Below, in pieces: positions 28,401 to 40,400 of a stretch of 64,000 nucleotides of DNA. The position numbers were made by a program, and so were the translations under genes. The DNA comes from Stegostoma tigrinum (lineage: Eukaryota), in the NCBI RefSeq assembly GCF_030684315.1, contig NC_081378.1:23546571-23610570 (forward strand), written 5' to 3'. The notes below the pieces were generated by a model. The model had not been told where the DNA came from and ran no database searches. It worked only from the letters and a program-made list of their open reading frames with translations. How positions within the stretch are numbered: the first letter of the stretch is position 1; each line of letters opens with the position of its first letter.

Positions 28401-31400
28401 CACATTCTGCTGATTGTAACATGGACATATGGAGATAATTACACAGCTTTATATCATTTTACTTATTTAGTTTTGTATGTGATGGGGATGTCAATCAGAT
28501 GCATACCAGTTTAGTTCCTGCATATTTTCAGCTGAAGGAGTTAACAATAAACTAGTAACATCTGCAATATGGGTGTCTGTCCTTAAGTGCAGGCTTCAGG
28601 GTAGGAAGGATGATGACCAGCCACAAATTCAGAGGATCAATGTGTATAAGTTCAAACTTGGAGTAGCTGGCTATCTATACTCTGAGCACTAGTGCAGTCA
28701 AATTATTACGATAAGACAGAAGGTTCTGTGATAAGGTGTTGATGTGATTGTTCGGATCTCTTCCATTCATTCAGCTGTGGAACTTGAGTATTCAGTGGAC
28801 CTGGGACTGAACTGGCAGCCTGTGCTGACAGATTGTTTGCCAACTAATGTGGAATGTAACAAATACCATCTACGGAGGATCCTGATGTCTGACGTTTTCA
28901 ACAAGTGGACAAGACTCACACTGCCATTGCCGCCTTACACCAGGTAACCAGTACGCTGCTCCTTTCAGTTAACAAAAATTCCAAATAGTTCTGGATTAAA
29001 AATACAGTTATTTCAAATTCACATGGCTGTCATTTGTCAGGAGCAGTTTGGTGAGATTAAATAAAGGTAGAAATGATTATGTCCTGTAGTCTGAAAATGT
29101 TTCAATTTTAATAGAACAATTGAAAAGCTACTTTTTCTACAACAAGTGAATGGTTCCAAATATTTCAACAAACAGAAGAAACAAAATCAGTCCAGGTATC
29201 CAGCCATCTAGTGATCTCTGACTTACAAAATCCCACAGGGAGAGTTATTCTGGTCTCACACTGTAGCCTCAATCAAAAAATTCCCCAGAGAAATAATGAG
29301 AACAGCCATTTAACTAATGTCTGTAAATGAGCTGTATTTTGTGCATCAGGATGTGACAAGGATCGGTTATGATGATGTACAGGTCAGATAATCTGCCCAC
29401 ACTACTGTCTAGACTGGCACATGCAGAAATCCCAGTTGGCTGAGTTAACTGAGAAATGTGGGCATCTCCAATGATCACAAATTGTGTACAGTATGTTCAA
29501 AGGCTCTATTCCCTGTATCCCACACTTGTAAATCTTTTCTGCCTTGTGTGGAGCTTCTGAAAAGATGTGGAAAATAGTGTCATCTTGTGATTGATATGAG
29601 TACTACAGAATTTTGATTTGCTGTTATTCAGACTAATTTAACTTTGATTCTTGGACCAGATGCTATATTTCAAAGTTTAAGCTCTAAACAAAAGCTAGTA
29701 ATTAAAACCTTCCATGCACCTAATGTGTATTCTCTTCTCAGATCAATTTTACCAAACGTCTGATCCTCTGACTCTAGTCCCAATCTAGATTAATTATGTG
29801 AGTAAAACTCACCTGATTGAGAGTAACCGTGTAGATTCAGTTACAATGAAGTATTTCCATTTCCCTTTCCTCCAATCTGTGATTTTGCCATTTGCTTCAG
29901 CAGTGGTTGAGGCTCCTGTCAGACACCTGTGGAGCTCCATTAATAAATGTAAATCTCATCCAATAATACTCTTGGCTCCGCAGCGGAATTGTAACTGGCC
30001 CCAGTGTAGGATCTCTGCCTCAGCAACACCATCAAGCAGGTCATTTCATTACAATTACTTGCAAGATGCTGCTTTTACTAGTGTGTCCCAGTTGGTCAGT
30101 TTGCTCAGCTTGCAGAGACTCCAGAACCAAAACAAACACCGTAGGATGATATGCTTCGATAAAATGTTGAATGAAAAATTAAACATTTCTAGGCAGCAGG
30201 GGTAAAATTTTAATTTTAATGGATCCTCTTAAAGGCTATTTTAAGTAACTCCTTTATCAGATGATACAATCATCTTTAGTAATATCACCACTCCAGGTGT
30301 GGTCTCATAATTGTAGTAAGATTTCCCCACTCCTGTACTCAAATCCCCTTCCAATAAATGCCAGTGTACCATTTGCCTTTCTGTTTGCTGCACCTGTATG
30401 CTTACTTTCAGTGACTGGTACACCTGGGTGGCTAGGTCCCTTTCCCAATCCAACACTACTTAAATAATACTCTCTTTTTATGATTTTCTATTCTGTTTTT
30501 CCGACCAAAGTGGACAGCTTCGCAGTTATCCATGTGATTCTTCATCTGCCAAGTATTTGTTCGTGCATTCAATTTATAAAAGTTGCCTTGACCCCTCTAA
30601 TTCCTCCTCACTACTCATAATTCTTCTTAGTTTTGTGTGGTTCTCATGAGGTGTAGAGCATGAATTAGCAAAAGTTTATTTTTTAAAAAGCTGACACAAA
30701 TCAATACACACAGGTGGCACGGTGCTTAGCACTGTTATCTCACAGCGCCACGGTCCTGGATTTGATTCCACCCTCAGGCGACTGCCTGTGTGGAGTTTGC
30801 ACATTCTCCCTCTGTCTGTGTGGGTTTCCTCCGGAGATTCTGGTTTCCTCCTGCAGTTCAAAGATCTGCAGGCTAGGTGGATTGGCCAGGCTAAGTTGCC
30901 CATGGTGTTCAAGGATGTGTAAATTAGGTGGGTTATAGAGGGATGCGTCGGGGTGGGATGTCTCAGGGTCAGTGTGGATGTTTTGCGCTGAAGGGCCTGT
31001 TTCCACTCTGTAGGGATTCTATGAACATGTGACAGCTAGAACCATGGTTTCTACAGACTGGGAGGTCAAATCTAAGCAATTAGATGTTTCTTCCTAACAG
31101 AGCCTCTGTTTTTCAAGTAATTCACAGTTTATGACATGCTTTGAGATATGATTACACTTAATGTAAGGCTTTAAGGAATGAAACTCTGCAGTATTAATTA
31201 TCCAATGGACGGTGTTTGTTACAATAGTAATGTTCATACAATGCACTATGCCTTTGTTGTCGGGTTGAAAACTGCTCTCTCCTCTTTGCTGACCTCTTCT
31301 TACCCAATAGGTGCACCACTATCTCTCTTTATAGACATGCTTCCTACCCTGCACCCAGTCCCACTCCCTAGCTTCACAAATCTTGCTTCTGCTCGTTCTC

Positions 31401-34400
31401 CAGTTCTGCTACCTCAGGCCTTGGAGTTCCTGCATGTCCTGGCCTTGTGTTCCCTAGCTTCAGTAATCTCCCTCAACCCCCTGCCACTCCCTTTCCTACT
31501 GCATTTTTAATCACAGATGATTCTCGTCCACATTTACTGCTGATAGGCTCACTATCACAGCCTGAGAGAGGACAGGTTTCTGATTAAATGAACAACTACT
31601 TACAGATTCTGACTATTGTGGGTATCTGGACAATTTCTCCCTGATTGGTTGCCACCCCCCCTCCAGGATTGAATTTACCTACGCAATTTTGGGACCTTTG
31701 AAGTAGATTTGCCCACTGTTCTCATGTATTTTGAAAATTATTCAGCAGTCCGTTAAGCCCAAAAGTGACCATGCGTACTGTTCATAAGCAACATCTGTGT
31801 CATTGAAATTGTTCAAGGCAGAATTAGATCGATTTTTGATAGACTGTGGGGGTTAGGGGAAAGCAGACCGGGCAGTGTGTTTGAGACCACAACTAGATGA
31901 GGCATGATCTTATCGAATGGCTAATCCTGTTGTGAAATCCTAAATTCATATGTAAGTGCAAATGTATTCATTCAGTGGGTTTCTTTTACTAGCTCCCATC
32001 TCCTCAAGAACAATTAAGGACTACAATAAACTTGCATAAATTTAATCTCCGTTCTAATATGCTGGGAAACTGAGGCTAACAGTCCTCACGTACATCTTAT
32101 CTTTCAGGTTTAGCGTGTGGATTGTTTGCATGTCTCAGTATAGTAAAATTAATATCCATTATTCAGTACAGGTTATACCTCCCTAATCTATGCAAGTCTG
32201 GCATCCACAGTACTTCCAGTTTTCTTTGTAGTGGTTCTGCGTCTTTCTTAACTCATATGACTTTTTGATTTACTTTGTCCAATTGGATATCTAAATCCTG
32301 TTTTTGATGTCCAGCTGGAAAATTATTAATCCATTCAGCATGTGATTGATACAAGTAAAGGTGCATTCTTTACTTTTTAAATTTTTCTTCATTGTGTCTA
32401 CTTGATATTCTGTGGTCCAGCAAATTCTCAGGCCCAACAAAAGTCCCAAAGCTGCCAGAGTATGGAGGTGCATCAGGTATTTGTAATAGCATCAGCTGAG
32501 AAGTTTTACACAATGTTTTGTAAACTTGTGATGATGTTTTTTGCTTGACTCTGCACTCAATTTATATCCAAAAGGTCACAGGCGACCCGTTTCCGATGGC
32601 ATCAGCCTGCACCTTTTGAGAAGCAGCAAACATGGGCCATAGACAATCTTTACATCGGGGACAGCTGTGTAGACATGTGCACAGGCCATGGAAGATGCTC
32701 ACGCGGTTCTTGCATGTAAGTGAAGGATTTTGTTGCACTTTTAACTTGCAGAAAGCATTTCCCTGGAGCTGTTTTGACACTGATCTAGTGCAGCACTGAC
32801 ACCACTGGCTCCTCCAATGTGTGCAGCATGTAACTAGCAATATAACCAAATTAAAATTTGATTTATTAAGTCCATAAGCTGGGAAAACGCAATAACGTTA
32901 AGTGTAAAGAACAACTGATACCCTATCACTGTGACAAGATAAGATTTGAGATGAATCATCCACCAAATCAATCAGCTAGCATAGTAGCCTAGAAGTGTGG
33001 TTGCCATGCAACTATAAAGTAAAATTAATCTTAGAGAGCAGCTAAGATGCTTCTGAATATCCTGAAGGAAATCATACAGGAAACCTGAGAGAATGGAATA
33101 AAGTTCTGGTTTTTGTTACTTGTATTTCGATAAGGTCTGTGAGCGATTTCTTCTGAATGATGATGCGGATCATTTCCCCAAATATTTTGAGTTCGTGATT
33201 TTCATTTTTATCCACTTAGTAATTTGTGCTGTTGATTTTTTTCTTCAACTGGCTGGCAATAGTATCAATGTGGCAAGTCTTATGTCTCACTGTCAGTCTG
33301 CCAGTACATCTTTTAAGAGACATGCTCGTGATATTATTGCTGTATCACATGGTGGTTAATTTATTGAACTCACTGCTGCAGAAGGCTGTGGCAGCTAATT
33401 TGTTGACTATATTTAAGAAGTAAGGGGATCATGGGTTATGGGGATAAGGTAGGAGAATGGATTTGAGAAACACATCAGCCATAATCAAATGGTGGAACAG
33501 GCTTGATCGGCAAATGGCCTAATTCTGTTCCTATACTTTATGATTTCACGACCTGGGGATAGAGAGAAATCCAACTGTATCTTACCCTGGGATCATTTGT
33601 AGCATGATTTGCAATGGAAACATGCAACTTTATTGTGAATTAGTATAATCATATCAATGCTACCTCAATAGTGTTCCTGTAAGTGTAATATTCTAGGTCC
33701 CACTAGAATTGCTATTCCATTAGGCTTGGTCCCTTTAAATTTGAAACCTGTTGGACTGGAGCCTGGTCTCGTGATTTCTGACCTTGTAGGCTTTAAGGTC
33801 TAAGAACGACTGGCTTATAGTAGCAGTTTTTTTCCCTGTAGGTGGCGCTCATATCAAAAAAAAAGCAAAGATGACAACATGGACTTTTACGAACAGGTTT
33901 TCACTCCTATTTGTAAAAATGGAATGGCAGAACTGACAGTGTTTGAACACAACTTTCTTAATGTAGTGTACTTCTTTTTAAATGTTCTTACACTGTATTT
34001 TCGGCTAGTTGTATCTGTTAGTTTCTTCATAATATCCACAATGTGGAGGTGCTGGTGTTGGACTGGGGTGAACATAGTCAGAAGTCACACAACATCAGGT
34101 GACAGTCCCAGACAGTAAAATGTGAGGCTGGATGAACACAGCAGGCCAAGCAGCATCTCAGGAGCACAGGTGCTCCTGAGATGCAGCTTGGCCTGCTGTG
34201 TTCATCCAGCCTCACATTTTACTATCTTGGAATTCTCCAGCATCTGCAGTTCCCATTATATCAGGTGACAGTCCAACAGGTTTATCTGAAAGCTTGAGAT
34301 TTCAAATAAACCTGTTGGACTATAACCTGGTGTCATGTGACTTCTGACAATATCCACTCCTAGTTTCTTATGTTGTGGAAGGTAAGGCAGGCAGGCATCG

Positions 34401-37400
34401 CTTCATCGAGTCTCACGCCCTGCGGGATGCAAAACCACACCATAATAAACAGCATTGGCCACCTATCAAAGTTCATAATAAAGTAGGGCCAGAATGGCAA
34501 CCTGTGTGAGATTGCCAATCCTCAGAAGATCTGCCTCTATATTTTGGGGAAGCAGAAGAGAGGTAGTATCAAAGAAATTTTTATTGTTGTGCCCCAATCT
34601 GACACTGTCCTCTCTGCTTTCTACACACTGCGCCACTGAATCCATGTCCACTTACATTATTGCTTAGCCATATTTCTACTAATGAGGAACCTAGGTGATG
34701 GTTGATAGTGCACAAACAATCAACGCTGAAAAGCATAGGGAAGAAGGCAAGGTGAACTGGGAAAGGACATCTCGTCAATGGCAAAATTAATGATGACTCA
34801 CTGCCAGAACCGAAAAAAGATGTGACTTATTGGTATCAGTGACCCAACACCATGGTGCAGCTTTATCTTTAACCTGGAGATAGTACAAACTACCGATGCT
34901 GGAGTCTGAGATAACAAGGTGTAGAGCTGGCTGAACACAGCAGGCCAGGCAGCAAGAATGCCATCCCCTATTCCCAATTCCTTCGCCTCTGCCACATCTG
35001 CTCCCAAGATGAGGCGTTCCACTCCCGGATATCCCAGATGTCCTTGTTTTTTCAAGGACCACAACTTCCCCTCCACTGTGATCGAAAATGACCTTGACTG
35101 CATCTCTCGCATTTCCCACACCTCAGTCCTCATAACCCCTCCCCACAATAACAATAAAGATAGAATTCCCCCCATCCTCACGTGTCACCCCATCAATCTC
35201 CAACGCATCATCCTCTGCCACTTATGCAATCTGCAATCCGACCCCACCACCAAAGGCATTTTTCCCTCCCCACCCTTATCTACCTTCCAGAGGAACCGCG
35301 CTGCCCGTGACTCCCTTGTCCGCGGCACACTCTCCACTAGCCCCAGCACCCCTGGCACATTTCCCTGCAATCACAGGAAGTGCTACACCTGCCCCTACTC
35401 CTCTCCCCTCAGCCCCATCCCAGGCCCCAAGAAAACCTTCCACATTAAACAGATGTTCACCTGCACATCTTCTAATGTGGTACATTGTGTCCGCTGTTCC
35501 TGCTGTGGCCTCCTCTACATCGGGGAAACCAAGCGGACACCTGGAGACCACTTTGTGGAACACCTGCACTGGGTTCGCAACAAACGATGACACCTCCCAG
35601 TCGCAAACCACTTCAACTCCCCCCCACCCCCGACTCCTCGGATGACATATCCATCCTCGGCCTCCTCCAGTGGCGCAATGATGCCCCCAGAGGCCGGAAG
35701 ATCAGCACCTCATATTCCGCTTGGGAACCCTGCAGCCGTATGGTCTCAATGTGGACTTCACAAGCTTCAAAATCTTCCCACCCTTGACCTCATCCCAAGA
35801 CCAGCCCAGCTCGTCCCCGCCTCCTTGACCTGTTCTCCCGCCTATCCGTTCCTCCCACCTCACTGACCAACCCCCACCCGCATGTCCTACCTTTTAGCCT
35901 CATTCCCGCCTCCTTGACCTATCCATCTCCCCTCCCACCTTTCTGCCCCTCCCTCCCAACTGACCAACCCCCATCCCAACTCCCTACCTACACTCACCTT
36001 TACTGGCTCCATCCCCGCCTCCTTGATCTGTTCGTCTTCTATCCACCTAAATGCTCCTCTATCCACCTTCCATCATCTGCCTCCCCCTCTCTCTATTTAT
36101 TTCAGAGTCTTCTTCCCCTCCCCCATCTCTGAAGAAGGGTCCAGACTCGAAACGTCAGCTTTCCTGCTCCTCTAATGCTGCCTGGCCTGCTGTGTTCATC
36201 CAGCTCCACACCTTTAACATGCCATTGTTTTTGTTTGTAAGAGACTGTTTATGTTTAGAGCAAGAAAATCGTATTGACATAAAATCTCATGCTACACAGA
36301 AAATGTGAGAAAAATTCAGCATTAAAGGCACCTCAATTTTTGACAGTGAGAGCCTTGTTCGGACATAAGTAGATGTGATACTGCAAATTCTAATCTTAGG
36401 AGCCTTAGCCACATCCATATGCAGGATGAGTCCTGACCCTGTGAGTGTGAGGTAGCAGAAAGAAGATGGTAGCACTGCAAAGTGCACAAAATCACCTGAC
36501 CTTCTTGCAGCATTGTTGTGCATCCCTTTTGACGTGACAAACAGCACTGACCTATGCTGTAATTTCTGACCAGTCTGACTGCCTGGTGACAGTCAACAGG
36601 GAAAAGGGCTGCCCTTTTCTCCACCACCCTGTCCAACAACGCCTCTAAGTCCCTGTCCTGGAAAAATGGACTTGGCTTGTTTTCCCTCTGAGACATTTTC
36701 AGCATTCTGCACTGCTGTTTGAGAGGTAGTTCCTGGCTTGCAGAATTAGTGTAGAGCTGGGCATTAAGTGTGATGCCCAAGCGGTGTAACCTGGAAGGTC
36801 CTGCAGTATCGATCACTTCAGCCTCACTTGCCACCCGGTTCCCTGAGAAAGATGCACAACAGATCAGTTATATTAATTCGATGCAATGCAGAGGATCATG
36901 TGAGAAAATATACCTTTGCCCAAGGTGGACCATGAAACTCACTCATCATGCTTTAACAATAAATTGGTAAATTTAGCCCATTTCTTTTTGTGCAACTTTT
37001 GTTTTCGACTGTTTTTCTTAGTGCATTGCCTTTTTCTTGTCTTCACAATATTGCTGTATCTAATGGCTTTCTCTTGTACTCAGCTGTGATGAGGACTGGA
37101 GTGGGGTCTACTGTGATGAACCAAAGACAAGTCTGCCTCGACAGCTAAAAGACAACTTTAACAGATCCCCCTCCAGCAACAATTGGCTGATGGTAAATGG
37201 AGGCAAACTCAGCACTGTCTGTGGAGTGGTAGCCTCTGGAATGGCTCTTCACTTCAGTGGAGTAAGTATAATGTTTCTGTCAAGCTAGTGACTGTCAGCG
37301 TGTTAACATTTTGTGTAAGTAAATGTGTAAACTGAGAAATGTGCTTCAGTTTTATCAGAGAAAGATAGCTGGTTTTACTGCAGTGTAAATCATGTAGCAC

Positions 37401-40400
37401 TACATACACCTTTAAACTAATATCCTCGTCCACTTACATTACACCACCACTGCTTGGTGCTGATTTACGTAATGCCAGCATTTTAATTGACTTTTGACTC
37501 ATTGGGATGCAGAATGGAAACAAAAATCAAGCAAAGTTTCCATTCTTCTTTGATCTCCACTGATCATGGAGATCATGGTCGCTGGAAAAGGGGCAGCTTT
37601 AAATGTGGGGACAAGTTCAATCATGCTTCGCTTAGATACGCCAAGTGTTTTATGAAACAACCTCAGATGAATGAAGAACTTACACAACAGTCCTTTCTAA
37701 AAGTATATCTTTGTAACAGGACCATTTGAATAACTATTAATTTTGTGTCATACAGAGGGAGGATGGAATGCTTTCTGGATTGGCTGAGTTCTGAATTTAA
37801 GTTCCTGACATTTGGCTTCCTTTCCATTGTGAAATTGTATTTTAATTGTTGTCCTTAGGTTGTCTGTCTAGCAGTGAAATAAAATCGAAATTGGCTTAAA
37901 CAAACAGCTATCAGAATAAAAATGAATCAAAATGTTGTGCATCAGTGGGAAATTCATACCTAACTGCCCATTTAATACCTAACAAAGAAGACTGAATGTA
38001 GTTTGATATTCAGCTCATGTAATTAAATAATTCTCTGCTCCATTATAATGCCCTCTGACCTGCATTGTACAAGTCACTGTTAGCACCATGTAATATACGC
38101 TTGTAATTACCACATGTTTCAATTCAGTAGTTAAATCATGAGATCCCCTGACAATAAAGCACAGATGGTAGGCTTTTCTTCATAGTTTATTTTTTGATAT
38201 ATTTGTACTGTGCCATTGTATCAACACCATTTTATCAGTATTTCTGTGATGGCAATAACATAGTCCAATAACATTATTGACAAAGGTAGGAAGACAGGGT
38301 TCGAAACTTGGGAAATTACAAGTCTGGCACAAATGATCACTTTAGCAGCCTCTCACTCAGTTGATCTAGAGGTTGGCTTGTTTACTTCAGCAGTGTTGAA
38401 TCCTTTCCTTGGAAAACAAAAGTTAAAATATAGGTTTCAACACTTTGATCAGAACAAATTACAATGTCAAAAACTTTAACCTCTATTAAAAACCCCAGTT
38501 TTTTCGAGCATGGATGTGTTACATAGAAACATAGCAGATAGGAGCAGGAGGAGGCCATTTGGCCCTTTTGAGCCTGCTCCATCATTCTTCACGGTCATGG
38601 CTGATCGTCCAACTCAATAGCCTAATGCTGCTATCTCCCCATAACCTTTGATCCCATTCGCCCCAAGCGCTATATCTCGTCACCTCTTCAAAACAATGTT
38701 TGCCATCAACTACTTCCTGTGGTAATCAATTCCACAGGCTCACCACTCTTTGGGTGAAGTAATGTCTCCTCATCTCCGTCCTAAATCGTCTACCCTGAAT
38801 CCTCAGACTGTGACCCCTGGTTCTGGACACACCCACAATCGGAAACATCCTCCCTGCATCTACCTTGTCCAGTCCTGTTAGAATTTTATAAGTCTCTTTG
38901 ACATGCCCCCTCACTTGTCTGAACTGCAGCTAAAACAATCCTAACCTAGCCAGTCTGTCCTCGTATGTCAGTCCCGCCATCCTCAGAATCAACCTGGTAA
39001 ACCTTCGCTGTACTCCCTCCAGAGCAAAAGCATCCTTCCTCAGAAAAGGAGACCAATATTGCACACAGTATTCTAGGTGTGGTCTCACTAAGGCCTGGTA
39101 TTACTGCAACAACACGTCGCTGCTCCTGTACTTGAAACCTCTCTACTCCATTACCCAGCTCTTAAAAGACAGCTGTTTACACTGTTGTTTCAAAGAGAAA
39201 CCCAATCCAGGACTTAATCCAAAAACCTCCAGTTAATAAATATTCTAAAAATGACAAGCTGAAGCCTAAAAATTATCCGAAGTCCTCATCCAGAAGATGA
39301 GAATGTAAAGTTAATCTTTGCATTGAGGCTGTCCTACCAACTTATATAGAATCATAGAAATAATTTTGCTTTTCATTAAGTCTTGAACATTAACAATACT
39401 GATACACAAATTAACACCGCAAATGCCTGAAACACCAGCACAGTCTGCTTCTCACTGCATGATTCCTTTCTTTAGGGTTGTAGTCGTCAGCTGGTGACAG
39501 TGGATCTGGATCTCGAAGATGCTGAGTTTATCCAGTTCTACTTCATGTATGGCTGCCTTGTTCCTCCGAATAACCGTAATCAAGGAGTCTTCCTGGATTA
39601 TTCTGTTAATGGAGGCATCACATGGAACATCTTGATGGAAATCTTCTTTGATCAGTACAACAAGCCTTCGTGAGTGTCCACGTACCGCATTAACTTCCAA
39701 AGAATTACTGGCTGTTTGTAAAGTAACAGCAAGGACAGAAGCTGCATGCACACTTTTAACTGCTTTGCAAAAACAGTTGTATAAATATAACCAGAATCCG
39801 GAAATGAGGCCTCACCTCATACCAGAGGCATTTGGGTGGACTTTCTGGAGGAGGCAGTCCCACTTTGCTTCAATTTGAAATTTTTTGGACCTTCACAGCT
39901 GATTAGTGCTCCAATTTCAGTATTTTGGAGCAAGCAATAGCAATGAAATTGGCCTTCGGTCGCATTTTAAAGGTCCTTTCTGGTCATGTTTTTCATAAGA
40001 TGAGTAATTTCCCAACGTAAGAATTTTTGACCCAATAATCACTGGGTAGTGCAGCATTTGCCCATTAAGACTTGATGGGTCTTCCAAAAACTAATCCAGT
40101 TATCCTCCACTCCCCTGCCATTTCCCGATATCCTTGATTTTTTTCCTGTTTATGTATTTATTGAGTTCCAGTCAGAAGGCTACAATTGAATTTGGTTTCA
40201 TAATTCCCTTCAATGATGCATTTCATATCCTAATGACTTGTTAGGTTAAAAAAGATTTTCCACGTATTAATATGTCATTCACCTACTAACTCCCAAAGCT
40301 TGTTTACCATCTACAAAGCACAAGTCAGGAGTGTAATTTTAAAAAAACTATCTTGTCCTGGATGTGAGTTTGCTCGCTGAGCTGGAAGGTTAGTTTTCAG

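Noticed and set aside
36322-36834. 170-aa ORF as an intact nested antisense gene
   Set aside because: Only the middle resembles Myb/SANT; the homology continues in another frame containing a stop.
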